A stretch of 64,000 bases of DNA from Planctomycetota bacterium (GTDB lineage Bacteria > Planctomycetota > UBA1135 > UBA2386), in assembly GCA_965223545.1 (NCBI GenBank), contig OZ245006.1, positions 3,136,001-3,200,000 on the forward strand. Reading direction: 5' to 3'. Positions 55,681 through 64,000 of the stretch are shown piece by piece. The notes beneath the pieces were generated by a model. The model searched no databases. It was given only the letters and a program-made list of their open reading frames with translations, and was not told where the DNA came from. Made by a program: the position numbers and the translations under genes. How positions within the stretch are numbered: the first letter of the stretch is position 1; each line of letters begins with the position of its first letter.

Positions 55681-58017
55681 TCAGCGCTCGTCGGTGGCGA
55701 CCCGGCACGAGCGACTGCCCAGCCACACGCCGACCATTTCGCCGAGGCCCTTGCGGCCGATCGGCTTGGCCAAGAAGTCGTCCATCCCGACGTCCATGCA
55801 CCGGCGTCGATCCTGCTCGGTGCTGCTCGCAGTCACCGCCACGATCGGCAACTCCGCGCTCGGCCCCGCCATGTTGCGAATGCGGCGCGTCGCCTCGAGC
55901 CCATCCATCTCGGGCATGTGGCAGTCCATAAAGACCAAGCCATAGTCGCAACCATCGCGGGTGAGCAGATCGAGCGCTTCGCCGCCGTGATTGGCAACGT
56001 CGGCATCGCAGCCGAGGGTGCGCAGCATCGCGACGATCACCTTTTGGTTGACCTTGTTGTCTTCGACCACGAGGACTCGGCCGCTCTTGGCCAGCGGCGT
56101 CAGCTGCGCGGCAGTCGCGGCTCCCTGCAGGGACATCGGACGCAGCAGGCCGTCGAGCTCGGCCGCCGCCAGCGGCGTTGCGAGGTCTTCCATGGCGACC
56201 CCGGACATGCGCACCGGGCGCTGCCCCAGCGGCTGCAGGCCGATGACCCGCGGTGGAGTGCGCCCCAGGGCAGCGACGAACTCCTCCTGCACCGCGCGGT
56301 CGCTCGCCATCACTGCCGACGCGTCGACGAACACGACATCCGCCCAGGCTGCCCGAACGAGCGTGCACGCCTCCGCCAGCCCCGCGAACGGCCGCACCCG
56401 CACACCCCACGAGGACAGCTGCCGACAGAGCGCCGCCCGCTGCACCGGGTGCGGCACGATGACCGCTGCGCTGTCGACGTCGAGCCCGTCCCAGGACCTG
56501 CGGACCTTGGTGTCTTTCGGCGGCGGCAGCTCGAGCGGCAAAGACAAGCGGAACTCGCTGCCCCGACCCACCTCGCTGTCGACGCGAATCTCGCCTCCCA
56601 TCAAACCGACGATCTGATGCGACACGGCGAGCCCCAACCCGGCGCCGCCGTAGCGGCGGGTCGTCGACCCATCGGCTTGCTGGAACGATGAGAACAACGC
56701 TTGGATCTCACGCTCCCCGATGCCGATGCCGGAATCGACGACGCGAATCTCGACGGCCACGTGCCGCTCATCATCGATCTGGTGGTCGACGGTGATCACG
56801 ACTTGGCCTCGCTCGGTGAACTTGACCGCGTTGCTGAGGATGTTCAGCAGCACCTGACGCAGGCGCGACGCGTCGGCCAGGAGAGCCGTGGGCAGATCCG
56901 GATCGATATCGACGGCCACGGCCACGCCCTTCTCGTGCGCGTCCCACGCCACCAGGCGTGCTGATTCCTCGACCAGCGCGCGGACGTCGGTCGGCTCGCT
57001 CTGCAGCTGCAGGCTGCCATTCTCCAGCCTGGACACGTCCAGGACGTTGCCCAGCAGGTCCAGCAGGCTCGCCGCCGAGTTGTGCACCATGCCCACCATC
57101 GTGCGCTGCTCGGAGCTCAGGCTCGTGTCCCCCAGCAGCTCGGACATGCCGAGGATCCCGTTCATCGGCGTGCGGATCTCATGGCTCATGTTGGCCATGA
57201 ACTCGCTCTTCAAGCGGTCCACTTCCCGCAGCCGGTGGTTCTGCTCGCGGATCGCCACGTAGGACGCCCGCAAGTTGTCACGCATCCGATCGAGCGACTC
57301 CGCCAAACGCACGAACTCGATCGAGTCCCCGGCGAACACGGCCTGCTCGAGGTCACCGGACCCCAATCGCGACGCGTGGGCCTCCAGCCGATGGAGCGGC
57401 CGCGAGACCAGAGCACGGAGTGACAGAATCAACACCAGGGCCAAGACGAAGAACGTCAGCGCCGCCTGCCAGATCACGCGCCGCTGGCTGGCGGACACCG
57501 GCCCGTCGACGACGCTGGTGGACAGGCCGAGGACGACCTCGCCAAGCGGGTAGTGATCCTCCGGAAACGAGTCCAGGGAGTGCTGACAGCCCTCACCGTT
57601 GTCGAGGCACACGACGCTGCGGTACTCGGCGACGCCGGCTCCGCCCCCCGGCTGCTGGCCCGCTTGAGCCACCACCGTGGCGTCATCCCGCAGGATGCGG
57701 ACGTAGCGCACGTCGTCGGCTCCACCGACGAGACTGTTGACGTTGCTCTGCAGCACGGGGTAGTCCCGCGAAAGCAGCGCCTCGCGGCACGAGAGCGCCG
57801 CGGTGCGCGCGATCCTCCGCCCCTGCTGGTCGAGCAGGTCGGCCATCGAGCGGCGCTGCGACTCGACGTTGTAGTAGCCGCTGGCGACCAGGAGCAACGC
57901 GAGCACGGCGACGATGCCGGCGCCGACGCGCATCGCGATGCTGTGTCGACGCGCCCGTCGCAGCAGAGCTTCGCGCAACCCGCCGAACATCACCGACTCA
58001 CCACCGGCCCCCGACAC
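55681..58017 (-). CDS. Hybrid sensor histidine kinase (HAMP, HisKA, HATPase, degenerate receiver, receiver)
   Basis: '[15 protein letters not shown]', '[10 protein letters not shown]', '[11 protein letters not shown]', 'VEDN.VNQ', 'FMDCHMP.MDG', KP. Confidence 0.95.
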   Translation of the reverse strand: MSGAGGESVMFGGLREALLRRARRHSIAMRVGAGIVAVLALLLVASGYYNVESQRRSMADLLDQQGRRIARTAALSCREALLSRDYPVLQSNVNSLVGGADDVRYVRILRDDATVVAQAGQQPGGGAGVAEYRSVVCLDNGEGCQHSLDSFPEDHYPLGEVVLGLSTSVVDGPVSASQRRVIWQAALTFFVLALVLILSLRALVSRPLHRLEAHASRLGSGDLEQAVFAGDSIEFVRLAESLDRMRDNLRASYVAIREQNHRLREVDRLKSEFMANMSHEIRTPMNGILGMSELLGDTSLSSEQRTMVGMVHNSAASLLDLLGNVLDVSRLENGSLQLQSEPTDVRALVEESARLVAWDAHEKGVAVAVDIDPDLPTALLADASRLRQVLLNILSNAVKFTERGQVVITVDHQIDDERHVAVEIRVVDSGIGIGEREIQALFSSFQQADGSTTRRYGGAGLGLAVSHQIVGLMGGEIRVDSEVGRGSEFRLSLPLELPPPKDTKVRRSWDGLDVDSAAVIVPHPVQRAALCRQLSSWGVRVRPFAGLAEACTLVRAAWADVVFVDASAVMASDRAVQEEFVAALGRTPPRVIGLQPLGQRPVRMSGVAMEDLATPLAAAELDGLLRPMSLQGAATAAQLTPLAKSGRVLVVEDNKVNQKVIVAMLRTLGCDADVANHGGEALDLLTRDGCDYGLVFMDCHMPEMDGLEATRRIRNMAGPSAELPIVAVTASSTEQDRRRCMDVGMDDFLAKPIGRKGLGEMVGVWLGSRSCRVATDER

Positions 58018-58032
58018 CGCTGCGCATGGCCG

Positions 58033-58929
58033 CTATCGTCCCCGCGGCGGGGTGGACGCGGTATCGCCGACCGCGAAGCGCTGTGCTCCCTGCATCCCGC
58101 GCCGCACGAGCGCGTAGTCCTCATCGGTCGCAACGGCAAAGCCCGAGACCTTGAGGGCCTTCAGGGCAGCCCGCGACTTGAGCGCCAGCAAGGCACTCTG
58201 CAGGGCCTTGTGGTGATCCGCCGGCAACCCGGCGCGCGCCACCCACGGCTTGGTGACGTTGTCGAATCGGTGCAGCACGCGGAGCGGCTGCTTGGCCTTG
58301 TTGAGCTTGGCGAACGTGCCTTCCTTGAGCGATCCGGCGTCGAAGTCGCCGAACTCGACAGCGCGGAACACCTTGTCGTGCCGCCCCAGATAGGCGCTCT
58401 TGCCGAGGTCGTTCTGGAACAGGTCCGCCTTCTGCAGCTCGTCCTGCACCAGGTAGCGGCCGATGGTCGAGTTCTCGTCGCCGAAGGCGAACGAGCGACC
58501 CCGCAGGTCGGCGACCGACTGGATCGGGCTGTCCGCCCGCACGACGATCATGCCTTGAAAGCGCTTCTTCCCACCCACGGTCTCCATCGCGACCAGCGAA
58601 ACCCGCGGGTTGCGGCGCTTGGCCAAGATGTAGGACGCCGGCCCGAAGCGCGCGAAGTCGACTTCGCCCTTCACCAGCGCATCCAGCCCCTGCTCGTACG
58701 AGCTGAAGATGCGGAGCTCGATGTCGGCCGGCCGTTCCAGGACCGCCGCCACCTCGTTCTCGAGCGCCTCGATGACTGGCCGGAACTTGCCGTACATCGC
58801 GCTCGGCTTGTCCGAGGTGTAGACCCCGAAGCTCAGCTGAACAACTCGCTGCTGGGCGTGGACGCCGCCCACCAAGAGGCCGGCGACGATCCCCAACGCG
58901 CCGACCGATCTGGTCACCATCGAATTCAT
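58033..58929 (-). CDS. PhnD/SsuA-type periplasmic substrate-binding protein
   Basis: Signal peptide; 'SYEQ..D.L..GEVDFA..GPASY', 'DL.GRSFAFGD.NST.G', 'H', 'D.DY..VR'. Confidence 0.88.
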   Translation of the reverse strand: MNSMVTRSVGALGIVAGLLVGGVHAQQRVVQLSFGVYTSDKPSAMYGKFRPVIEALENEVAAVLERPADIELRIFSSYEQGLDALVKGEVDFARFGPASYILAKRRNPRVSLVAMETVGGKKRFQGMIVVRADSPIQSVADLRGRSFAFGDENSTIGRYLVQDELQKADLFQNDLGKSAYLGRHDKVFRAVEFGDFDAGSLKEGTFAKLNKAKQPLRVLHRFDNVTKPWVARAGLPADHHKALQSALLALKSRAALKALKVSGFAVATDEDYALVRRGMQGAQRFAVGDTASTPPRGR

Positions 58930-59134
58930 AGCAGTACTCTCCTCGCTCGATCTGCTATCGACCCCCCCGTGCACAGCCTTGATGGAAGCGCCTCAGGATC
59001 GGACAGGTGCCCTCCCATCAGAGTGCGCGACGCGAGACTGCGGCGCGACCGCGAGCATCACACGTCGCGACTGGGGACGCCGAAACGCAGGTGCGATCGG
59101 TCGTTCTACATCGCCGCCGCGCTCCGACCGGTCT

Positions 59135-60397
59135 TCAGAACAGCCCGGTCATCAGCGGATTGGAGAGCCGAGCTCCCGCCGCCCCGGCGGTCCCCCCCTG
59201 GATGGCGAGCACCGCACCCGCAGCCGACGGAAAGTTCGGCACCGGGACGGCGATCGTCAGGTGTCGGGTCACACCGACGACACCGACCGGAACGGTGAAC
59301 GCCGAAGAGGGGTCGAGCCAGAACGAACCGAAGGGTGTCGACACCGGCGCGACGGCCGGGGCCGCGATCACCAGCGCGGCGGAAGCCCCCACCTGATCGA
59401 ACAAATCCAGCAACGCCGTTCCACCCGGCGGCGCCCCGAGCCCGGTGAGGGATGGCTGCGAGCGGACGATGACGCCCGCCGGACCGCCGATCGCGGCGGC
59501 ACCCCCTGCGGGGAGCAATACGACCTCTGGCGTCAATATCATCCTGCCGCTCTGCGCCAACAGAGCCACCGTGCCCGCCGGCGGCTGCGGGCCGAGGCCT
59601 GCGGCGAAGACGGTGTTGGCATCGCCGACGAGAACGAGCTCACCGCCGACCTGCGAGACCGCCGGCAGTGGGGGCAAGACCGTCGACGACACCGGGTCGA
59701 TGAAGCCGTCGCCACCACTGGCGAGACAGCGGGAGAGGTAGACGTTGCCCGAACGGACGACGACGCCTTCGCCGCCGGGCAAGAGCTGGCCGAGCACATT
59801 CGCACTGCCGGCGCTTCCGTCGAGCTGTCCGGACGCGATCGTCACCTCACTGTTGTCAACGTCGACCGCCGGCCAACCGCCAGCCACGGCACACGCCGTG
59901 ATCGAGACCATGGAGGATTGGTCGATGTCGATCCCACCCGCGCCGACCACTCCAGCCGGAAGGGTCCACGTGCTCGCCTGCAGCGTGACCCGCTCGATAT
60001 GCACGAACCCGCCGTTCTGCTGAATCCGCAACAACGGTCCGGGGTTGTTGGGGCGGTCATCGATCATCGTCACCCCGCACAGGCTCAGCCGCCTGCCGGT
60101 CGGAACGCCGGCGATGCGCAGAGGCCCTTGCACGATCGTCGAGGTCGCGCCCAGGATCGTCACCCCCTGCGACAAGGTGGTCACCGGTTGGCCCACTGGT
60201 GACGACCGATACGTGCCATTGCGCACGACAATGGTGTCACCGTGGGTCGCCACTGCAAAAGCGGGCGGCAGGTCCTTGAAGTGGAAACCCGGACCGCCGA
60301 TAGCATCGACGATCCACCGGCTCTGTCCGCTGATCACACAGCACAGCAGCTGGACTGCCAGCGCGCCGATCATCGGTCCTCGAGGCATGGTTCGCAT
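59135..60397 (-). CDS. Secreted hypothetical protein (beta-helix-like N-terminus, Ig-like C-terminal domain)
   Basis: Signal peptide; 'VD..GG....DL..A...A..GDTIVVR.GTY'; Gly-rich beta repeats; C-terminal '...P.P......G....Q......LSN'. Confidence 0.7.
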   Translation of the reverse strand: MRTMPRGPMIGALAVQLLCCVISGQSRWIVDAIGGPGFHFKDLPPAFAVATHGDTIVVRNGTYRSSPVGQPVTTLSQGVTILGATSTIVQGPLRIAGVPTGRRLSLCGVTMIDDRPNNPGPLLRIQQNGGFVHIERVTLQASTWTLPAGVVGAGGIDIDQSSMVSITACAVAGGWPAVDVDNSEVTIASGQLDGSAGSANVLGQLLPGGEGVVVRSGNVYLSRCLASGGDGFIDPVSSTVLPPLPAVSQVGGELVLVGDANTVFAAGLGPQPPAGTVALLAQSGRMILTPEVVLLPAGGAAAIGGPAGVIVRSQPSLTGLGAPPGGTALLDLFDQVGASAALVIAAPAVAPVSTPFGSFWLDPSSAFTVPVGVVGVTRHLTIAVPVPNFPSAAGAVLAIQGGTAGAAGARLSNPLMTGLF

Positions 60398-60496
60398 TTG
60401 CGCCCGAACGAGTCAGCCCGGATTAGACGAGGCCGATCCCGCCGGCACAACCCCTGGACGACGCCGCGCCCGGCGCGCCGCCGCGCGGGGCATGCA

Positions 60497-61336
60497 TCAT
60501 CGGGAGTTCACGTAGCCGACGCCGGGACGGTACTCCTGGGTCGCCAGCACCGCGCCTTGGTCCGAACGCACCTCGATGCGATCGATGAGACCGTCTTGGT
60601 CCGCGTCGATCATCGCCGCGCGTTCCGCACCCCGCAGCTCGACGAGCTCGTCCATGATCCCGTTCTGATCGCGATCGAACCAATGGGCCGCCTCGGCCCC
60701 GGATAGCGCGTAGGCCGTGAACCGCTCGTAGATGCCGTTCTCATCCTCGTCGAACGCGGTGAACCGCAGATTGCCCTGCCGGTCGTGGCTGTGCTGGCGC
60801 TCGATGATTCCGTCGCGGTCGACGTCGACCATCTCGTACGCAATCGCTCCATTGTGGGTCCACTCGCTCAACGAGCCGGTCTCGACGCTCCGCGTCTCCC
60901 AGAGCGGAAATCGCGTCGCGTGCGCCAGCGCAGTTTCCGACTTGGCCCACAGCGTCGCGAACACCAGCGCGACCCCGGCCAACGCCAGAGTCCACCCCCA
61001 CGGTCGCACCCCCCCACGCTCCGACGCGGATGCTCCCGCGGTCGCGGCTTCCTCTGCAGCCAAGGGCTCGTCGCCCAACTCGGCCGCCAGCTGCTCGCCG
61101 CTGCGCTTGGCCGCCGCCAGCGCCGCTTCGGCGTCGGCGACGCGGTCCGCGGGCACGCGCACCGAGACCCCTTGCTGGTTCATCAGGCGTTGGCTGACCG
61201 CGAACTCGTCGGCGAGCATGCCACCCCCGGGTACCAAGACCGGGATCTCCGCATCCTGCAGGACGGCGGCGATCACCTTGGCTTCGAAGGGCGTACGCGC
61301 CTGACGGAACTCGACGAACGACTCAGGTGATGCCAT
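60497..61336 (-). CDS. DUF2007-like N-terminal domain, single TM, DxDxDG-type repeats
   Basis: 'EA.VI.AVL.DAEIP ... V.V...R...A'; TM; DVDRDG, DEDENG, DRDQNG, DADQDG. Confidence 0.75.
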   Translation of the reverse strand: MASPESFVEFRQARTPFEAKVIAAVLQDAEIPVLVPGGGMLADEFAVSQRLMNQQGVSVRVPADRVADAEAALAAAKRSGEQLAAELGDEPLAAEEAATAGASASERGGVRPWGWTLALAGVALVFATLWAKSETALAHATRFPLWETRSVETGSLSEWTHNGAIAYEMVDVDRDGIIERQHSHDRQGNLRFTAFDEDENGIYERFTAYALSGAEAAHWFDRDQNGIMDELVELRGAERAAMIDADQDGLIDRIEVRSDQGAVLATQEYRPGVGYVNSR

Positions 61337-61360
61337 GGATGGAAACCCTGGAAAACGCCT

Positions 61361-62488
61361 TCATGAGACCAAGTCGGGATAGTACTCGCCCGCCGGGAAC
61401 GCCATGCCATCGACGCGCCCGCGACACCACTGCAAGACTCGGCTTCGAACCTCGTCGGGGACATCCTTGTGGCGGTCGGCCTTGCCACTGACGAACAGCT
61501 CCGCGTCGGTCTGCAGCACGTGGGGTGGATGCATCTCGAATGCCTCTCCGTGCTCCTTCATGTAAGCGAAACCGCACTTCTCCACAACCGCAGAGCGCTC
61601 TTCCGGGTCGAGGGGGGCCATCTGCAGGAACTCGGCCACCGAGTCGACCACCGCCCCGAGATCCGCCTTCATCGACTCGAAGCTGACGAACAGCACGTTG
61701 TCGTTCTCCGCGGCGGCCTGCCACCATCCCTCGACATGGGTCGGCCAGGTGCCCCACCACATCTTGTCTTCCGACCGGAACCAGTCCTCCACCACATCGA
61801 GCCGGGGGGCAAACGCTCCGATGTTGGTGCGGATGAAGTCCACGCAGCTGGCGAAGCAAGAAACCGGGTGGCGCACGACGTAGACGTACTTGGCCGCCGG
61901 CGAGTACGGACATGCCGATCGCGGCAGGTGGGTCTTGATCACGACCGACGGACGCTCGCTGCCGATCTTGGGCGCGGCGGTGATCGGCACGCTCTTGTTG
62001 GCCTCCACCCACGGCGACACCGAATACAGCGTCGCGCCGCGCTCGACGAGGTCACCCCGGCCGCGCAACAACACTTCGTAGACCACGTGCTGCATCCAAG
62101 TCGTGCCGCACTTCATCTGGGTCACGACGAACACATCGTGCGCCGCGGGCTGGTACCGCATGGCCGCAGAGAAGCTCTCCGCCGAGCAGGTTCCCTTCGG
62201 CCCGGCAACCCCGTCGACCGAGAAGCTGGCCTGATCGAACGTAAAGTTGTCGCGGCGGCTCATCCATCGCAGGACGGGATAGAGCATCACCGCATGCCGG
62301 CGGAGCTTGGCCTTGAACGCCGCCCGTTCCGCGGGCGGCGCGCCGTAGTAGGCGAGCCCTTGCGTTTCTTGCTCGGTCCACGCCATCACGGTGCTGAGGT
62401 GGATGACCTGCACGAGGTAGAGCAGAAACAGCACACCGAGCACGCCGAGGGCAACCCAGAGCACATTCCAGAGATCGAAAGCGAGCAT
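61361..62488 (-). CDS. PAPS-dependent sulfotransferase with N-terminal TM
   Basis: 5'-PSB-like 'TQMKCGTTW', IKTHL, 3'-PB 'YVVRHP..CF.S', 'FE.MKAD'. Confidence 0.88.
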   Translation of the reverse strand: MLAFDLWNVLWVALGVLGVLFLLYLVQVIHLSTVMAWTEQETQGLAYYGAPPAERAAFKAKLRRHAVMLYPVLRWMSRRDNFTFDQASFSVDGVAGPKGTCSAESFSAAMRYQPAAHDVFVVTQMKCGTTWMQHVVYEVLLRGRGDLVERGATLYSVSPWVEANKSVPITAAPKIGSERPSVVIKTHLPRSACPYSPAAKYVYVVRHPVSCFASCVDFIRTNIGAFAPRLDVVEDWFRSEDKMWWGTWPTHVEGWWQAAAENDNVLFVSFESMKADLGAVVDSVAEFLQMAPLDPEERSAVVEKCGFAYMKEHGEAFEMHPPHVLQTDAELFVSGKADRHKDVPDEVRSRVLQWCRGRVDGMAFPAGEYYPDLVS

Positions 62489-62637
62489 CGAATCGGCAGT
62501 CCACCGGCAAGGCCGAGCCCCGGCCGCCAGGCGCGGCACCATACCGAGTTCGACGGCTCTGGGCACCCGCGTCCCGGATTCGCCGAGCGCGGGCAATCAG
62601 CAGTGTGGCGCCGTCGCCACCGACTACAGTCTCGACG

Positions 62638-63459
62638 ATGGGCAAGCGACCGCCGCAGATCGTCAAGAGCACCGGCGAAGTCGAGCCGTTCCGGCAGAGC
62701 AAGCTCACGGCCTCGCTGCGCCGTGCCGGGGCCAGCCCGGCCGACGTGCGGCGCGTGGTCGCGGCGTTGCGCGACACGATCCGCGACGGGACCACGACCA
62801 AGGAGCTGTACCGGCGCGCGCACACCCTCCTCCGCCGCGGCGGGCAGGCGACGGCGGCCCGCTACAGCCTACAGCGCGCGATCCAGGTCATGGGACCGGG
62901 CGGCTATCCGTTCGAGTTGCTCGTCGGTGCTCTCTGGCGCGAGGAAGGCTATGCCGTCGACATCGGCACCCATCTACAGGGGCGGTACGTGCGGCACGAA
63001 ATCGACCTGCTCGCCACGCGTGGCAAACACCGCGACCTGGCCGAGTGCAAGTTTCGCAACGCCGCGGACGGCAAGGTCGACGTCAAGGTGGCGATGTACG
63101 TCTACGGCCGCGCCACCGACCTGGCACCTCCGCCGCGCCTGCAGCAGAGGTTCTGGTTGATCACCAATGGCCGCTTCACCAGCGACGCGCTGGCGTTCGG
63201 CGAGGGGATGGGGCTGCGCATGCTGAGCTGGGACCACCCTCGAGACGATGGACTGCGGGAGCGGATCGACCGCGCCGGACTGCACCCGATCACCGCACTC
63301 ACCGCGTTGCGGCAGCGCGACAAGCAGTGGTTGCTGGATCGCGGCGTGGTCCTGTGTCGAGAGCTCTGCGAGCAACCCGCCCTCCTGCGCAAGCTCGACT
63401 TGAGCCCGAGCGCGCTGCGCCGCACGCGCGCGGAAGCCGAGCAGCTGGCAGGCCGCTGA
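62638..63459 (+). CDS. ATP-cone domain + Mrr-like PD-(D/E)XK restriction-endonuclease domain protein
   Basis: 'IVKSTGEVEPF..SKL..SL', 'GP.GYPFE', 'HEIDLLA...ECKF', 'ITN.RFTSDA', 'GLHPIT.LT.L'. Confidence 0.85.
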   Translation: MGKRPPQIVKSTGEVEPFRQSKLTASLRRAGASPADVRRVVAALRDTIRDGTTTKELYRRAHTLLRRGGQATAARYSLQRAIQVMGPGGYPFELLVGALWREEGYAVDIGTHLQGRYVRHEIDLLATRGKHRDLAECKFRNAADGKVDVKVAMYVYGRATDLAPPPRLQQRFWLITNGRFTSDALAFGEGMGLRMLSWDHPRDDGLRERIDRAGLHPITALTALRQRDKQWLLDRGVVLCRELCEQPALLRKLDLSPSALRRTRAEAEQLAGR

Positions 63460-63534
63460 AAAAGTCGTTCGCCCCGCCACCCGGCGCCTCGAAGCACCTT
63501 CTCAACCGCCCACTTGCCGGGGAGACCGACGCTG

Positions 63535-64000
63535 TCACACTCCCCAACCGCCGCTGACTTGCAGATTGGCGCCATTGACGTAGCGCGCGCCATCCGAGAG
63601 CAAGTACTCGACCGCGGCCACCGCATCGTCGACGGCGCCGACGTAGCCGGCGGGGATCATCTTCACCATCCGCTGGAGCTCCTCTTGTGGCGCCCCACCG
63701 GAGTCGAGAAACCCAGGCGAGACGACGTTGGCGGTAATGCCGTGCGCCGCCAGAGACTTCGCCAGCGAACGAGTCAAGATCACCACTCCGGCCTTGGCGA
63801 TGTAGTGCGCGGTCACGTGAGTCTGCGCCGCCATCTTGTCGGCGTTGGCCATGGCGAACGTGACGATGCGGCCGAAGCCGCGCTCGATCATGCCGGGGGC
63901 CACTCGTTGCGCCAGGTAGAAGACCGGGTGGAGGTTGTGGTCGAACATCTCGTGCCAACCCTCGACACTCTCCTCCAACAGCGGCACGCGGTGGTAGGGA
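63535..64000 (-). CDS. SDR family oxidoreductase (C-terminal part; runs off the window)
   Basis: YIAK (YxxxK), 'GITANVVSPG', 'YVNGANLQVSGG'. Confidence 0.9.
   Translation of the reverse strand, partial: PYHRVPLLEESVEGWHEMFDHNLHPVFYLAQRVAPGMIERGFGRIVTFAMANADKMAAQTHVTAHYIAKAGVVILTRSLAKSLAAHGITANVVSPGFLDSGGAPQEELQRMVKMIPAGYVGAVDDAVAAVEYLLSDGARYVNGANLQVSGGWGV

Noticed and set aside
13480..62488. Sulfur-related genes as a single cluster or island
   Set aside because: They are spread over about 50 kb among unrelated genes, with no integrase, tRNA or boundary repeats.
1..64000. Many long alternative-frame and antisense ORFs in the track (e.g. 3756-5813, 26569-28152, 34546-36654, 47228-49615)
   Set aside because: Arg/Pro/Ala-rich translations that overlap recognised genes; expected artefacts of high GC.

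Overview
A high-GC, gene-dense bacterial window with about 52 protein-coding genes. It is probably from Planctomycetota, inferred from the DUF1549/DUF1553 + DUF1501 pair, sulfatase, PQQ-like propeller and prenyltransferase-repeat proteins. I saw no rRNA, tRNA, CRISPR array or mobile element. Most genes encode secreted or periplasmic enzymes, regulators, orphan sensor kinases or scattered housekeeping functions (hutI, panD, yciA, yigZ, mddA-like). The best find is missed by the ORF track. At 32481-33014 (+) one reading frame starts with a lipoprotein-like signal peptide and is interrupted by TGA-ACT-TGA (codons 41-43). The two TGAs fall exactly where a heavy-metal-associated (HMA) GMTCxxC loop should be. 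They are followed at once by a 13-bp hairpin whose GGTCTG loop resembles the E. coli fdhF SECIS. This points to an exported double-selenocysteine (U-x-U) HMA-like lipoprotein encoded just after an outer-membrane beta-barrel, a candidate selenium-based metal capture or uptake module. Other notable items are a porin / heme-c-cupredoxin / histidine kinase operon, an 8-repeat alpha/beta protein ahead of a DUF2868-DUF3482 GTPase pair, a 23-nt promoter motif shared by two genes 40 kb apart, a SufR-like operator, and widespread signs of leaderless transcription. All family assignments come from motifs recognised by eye; no database searches were run.
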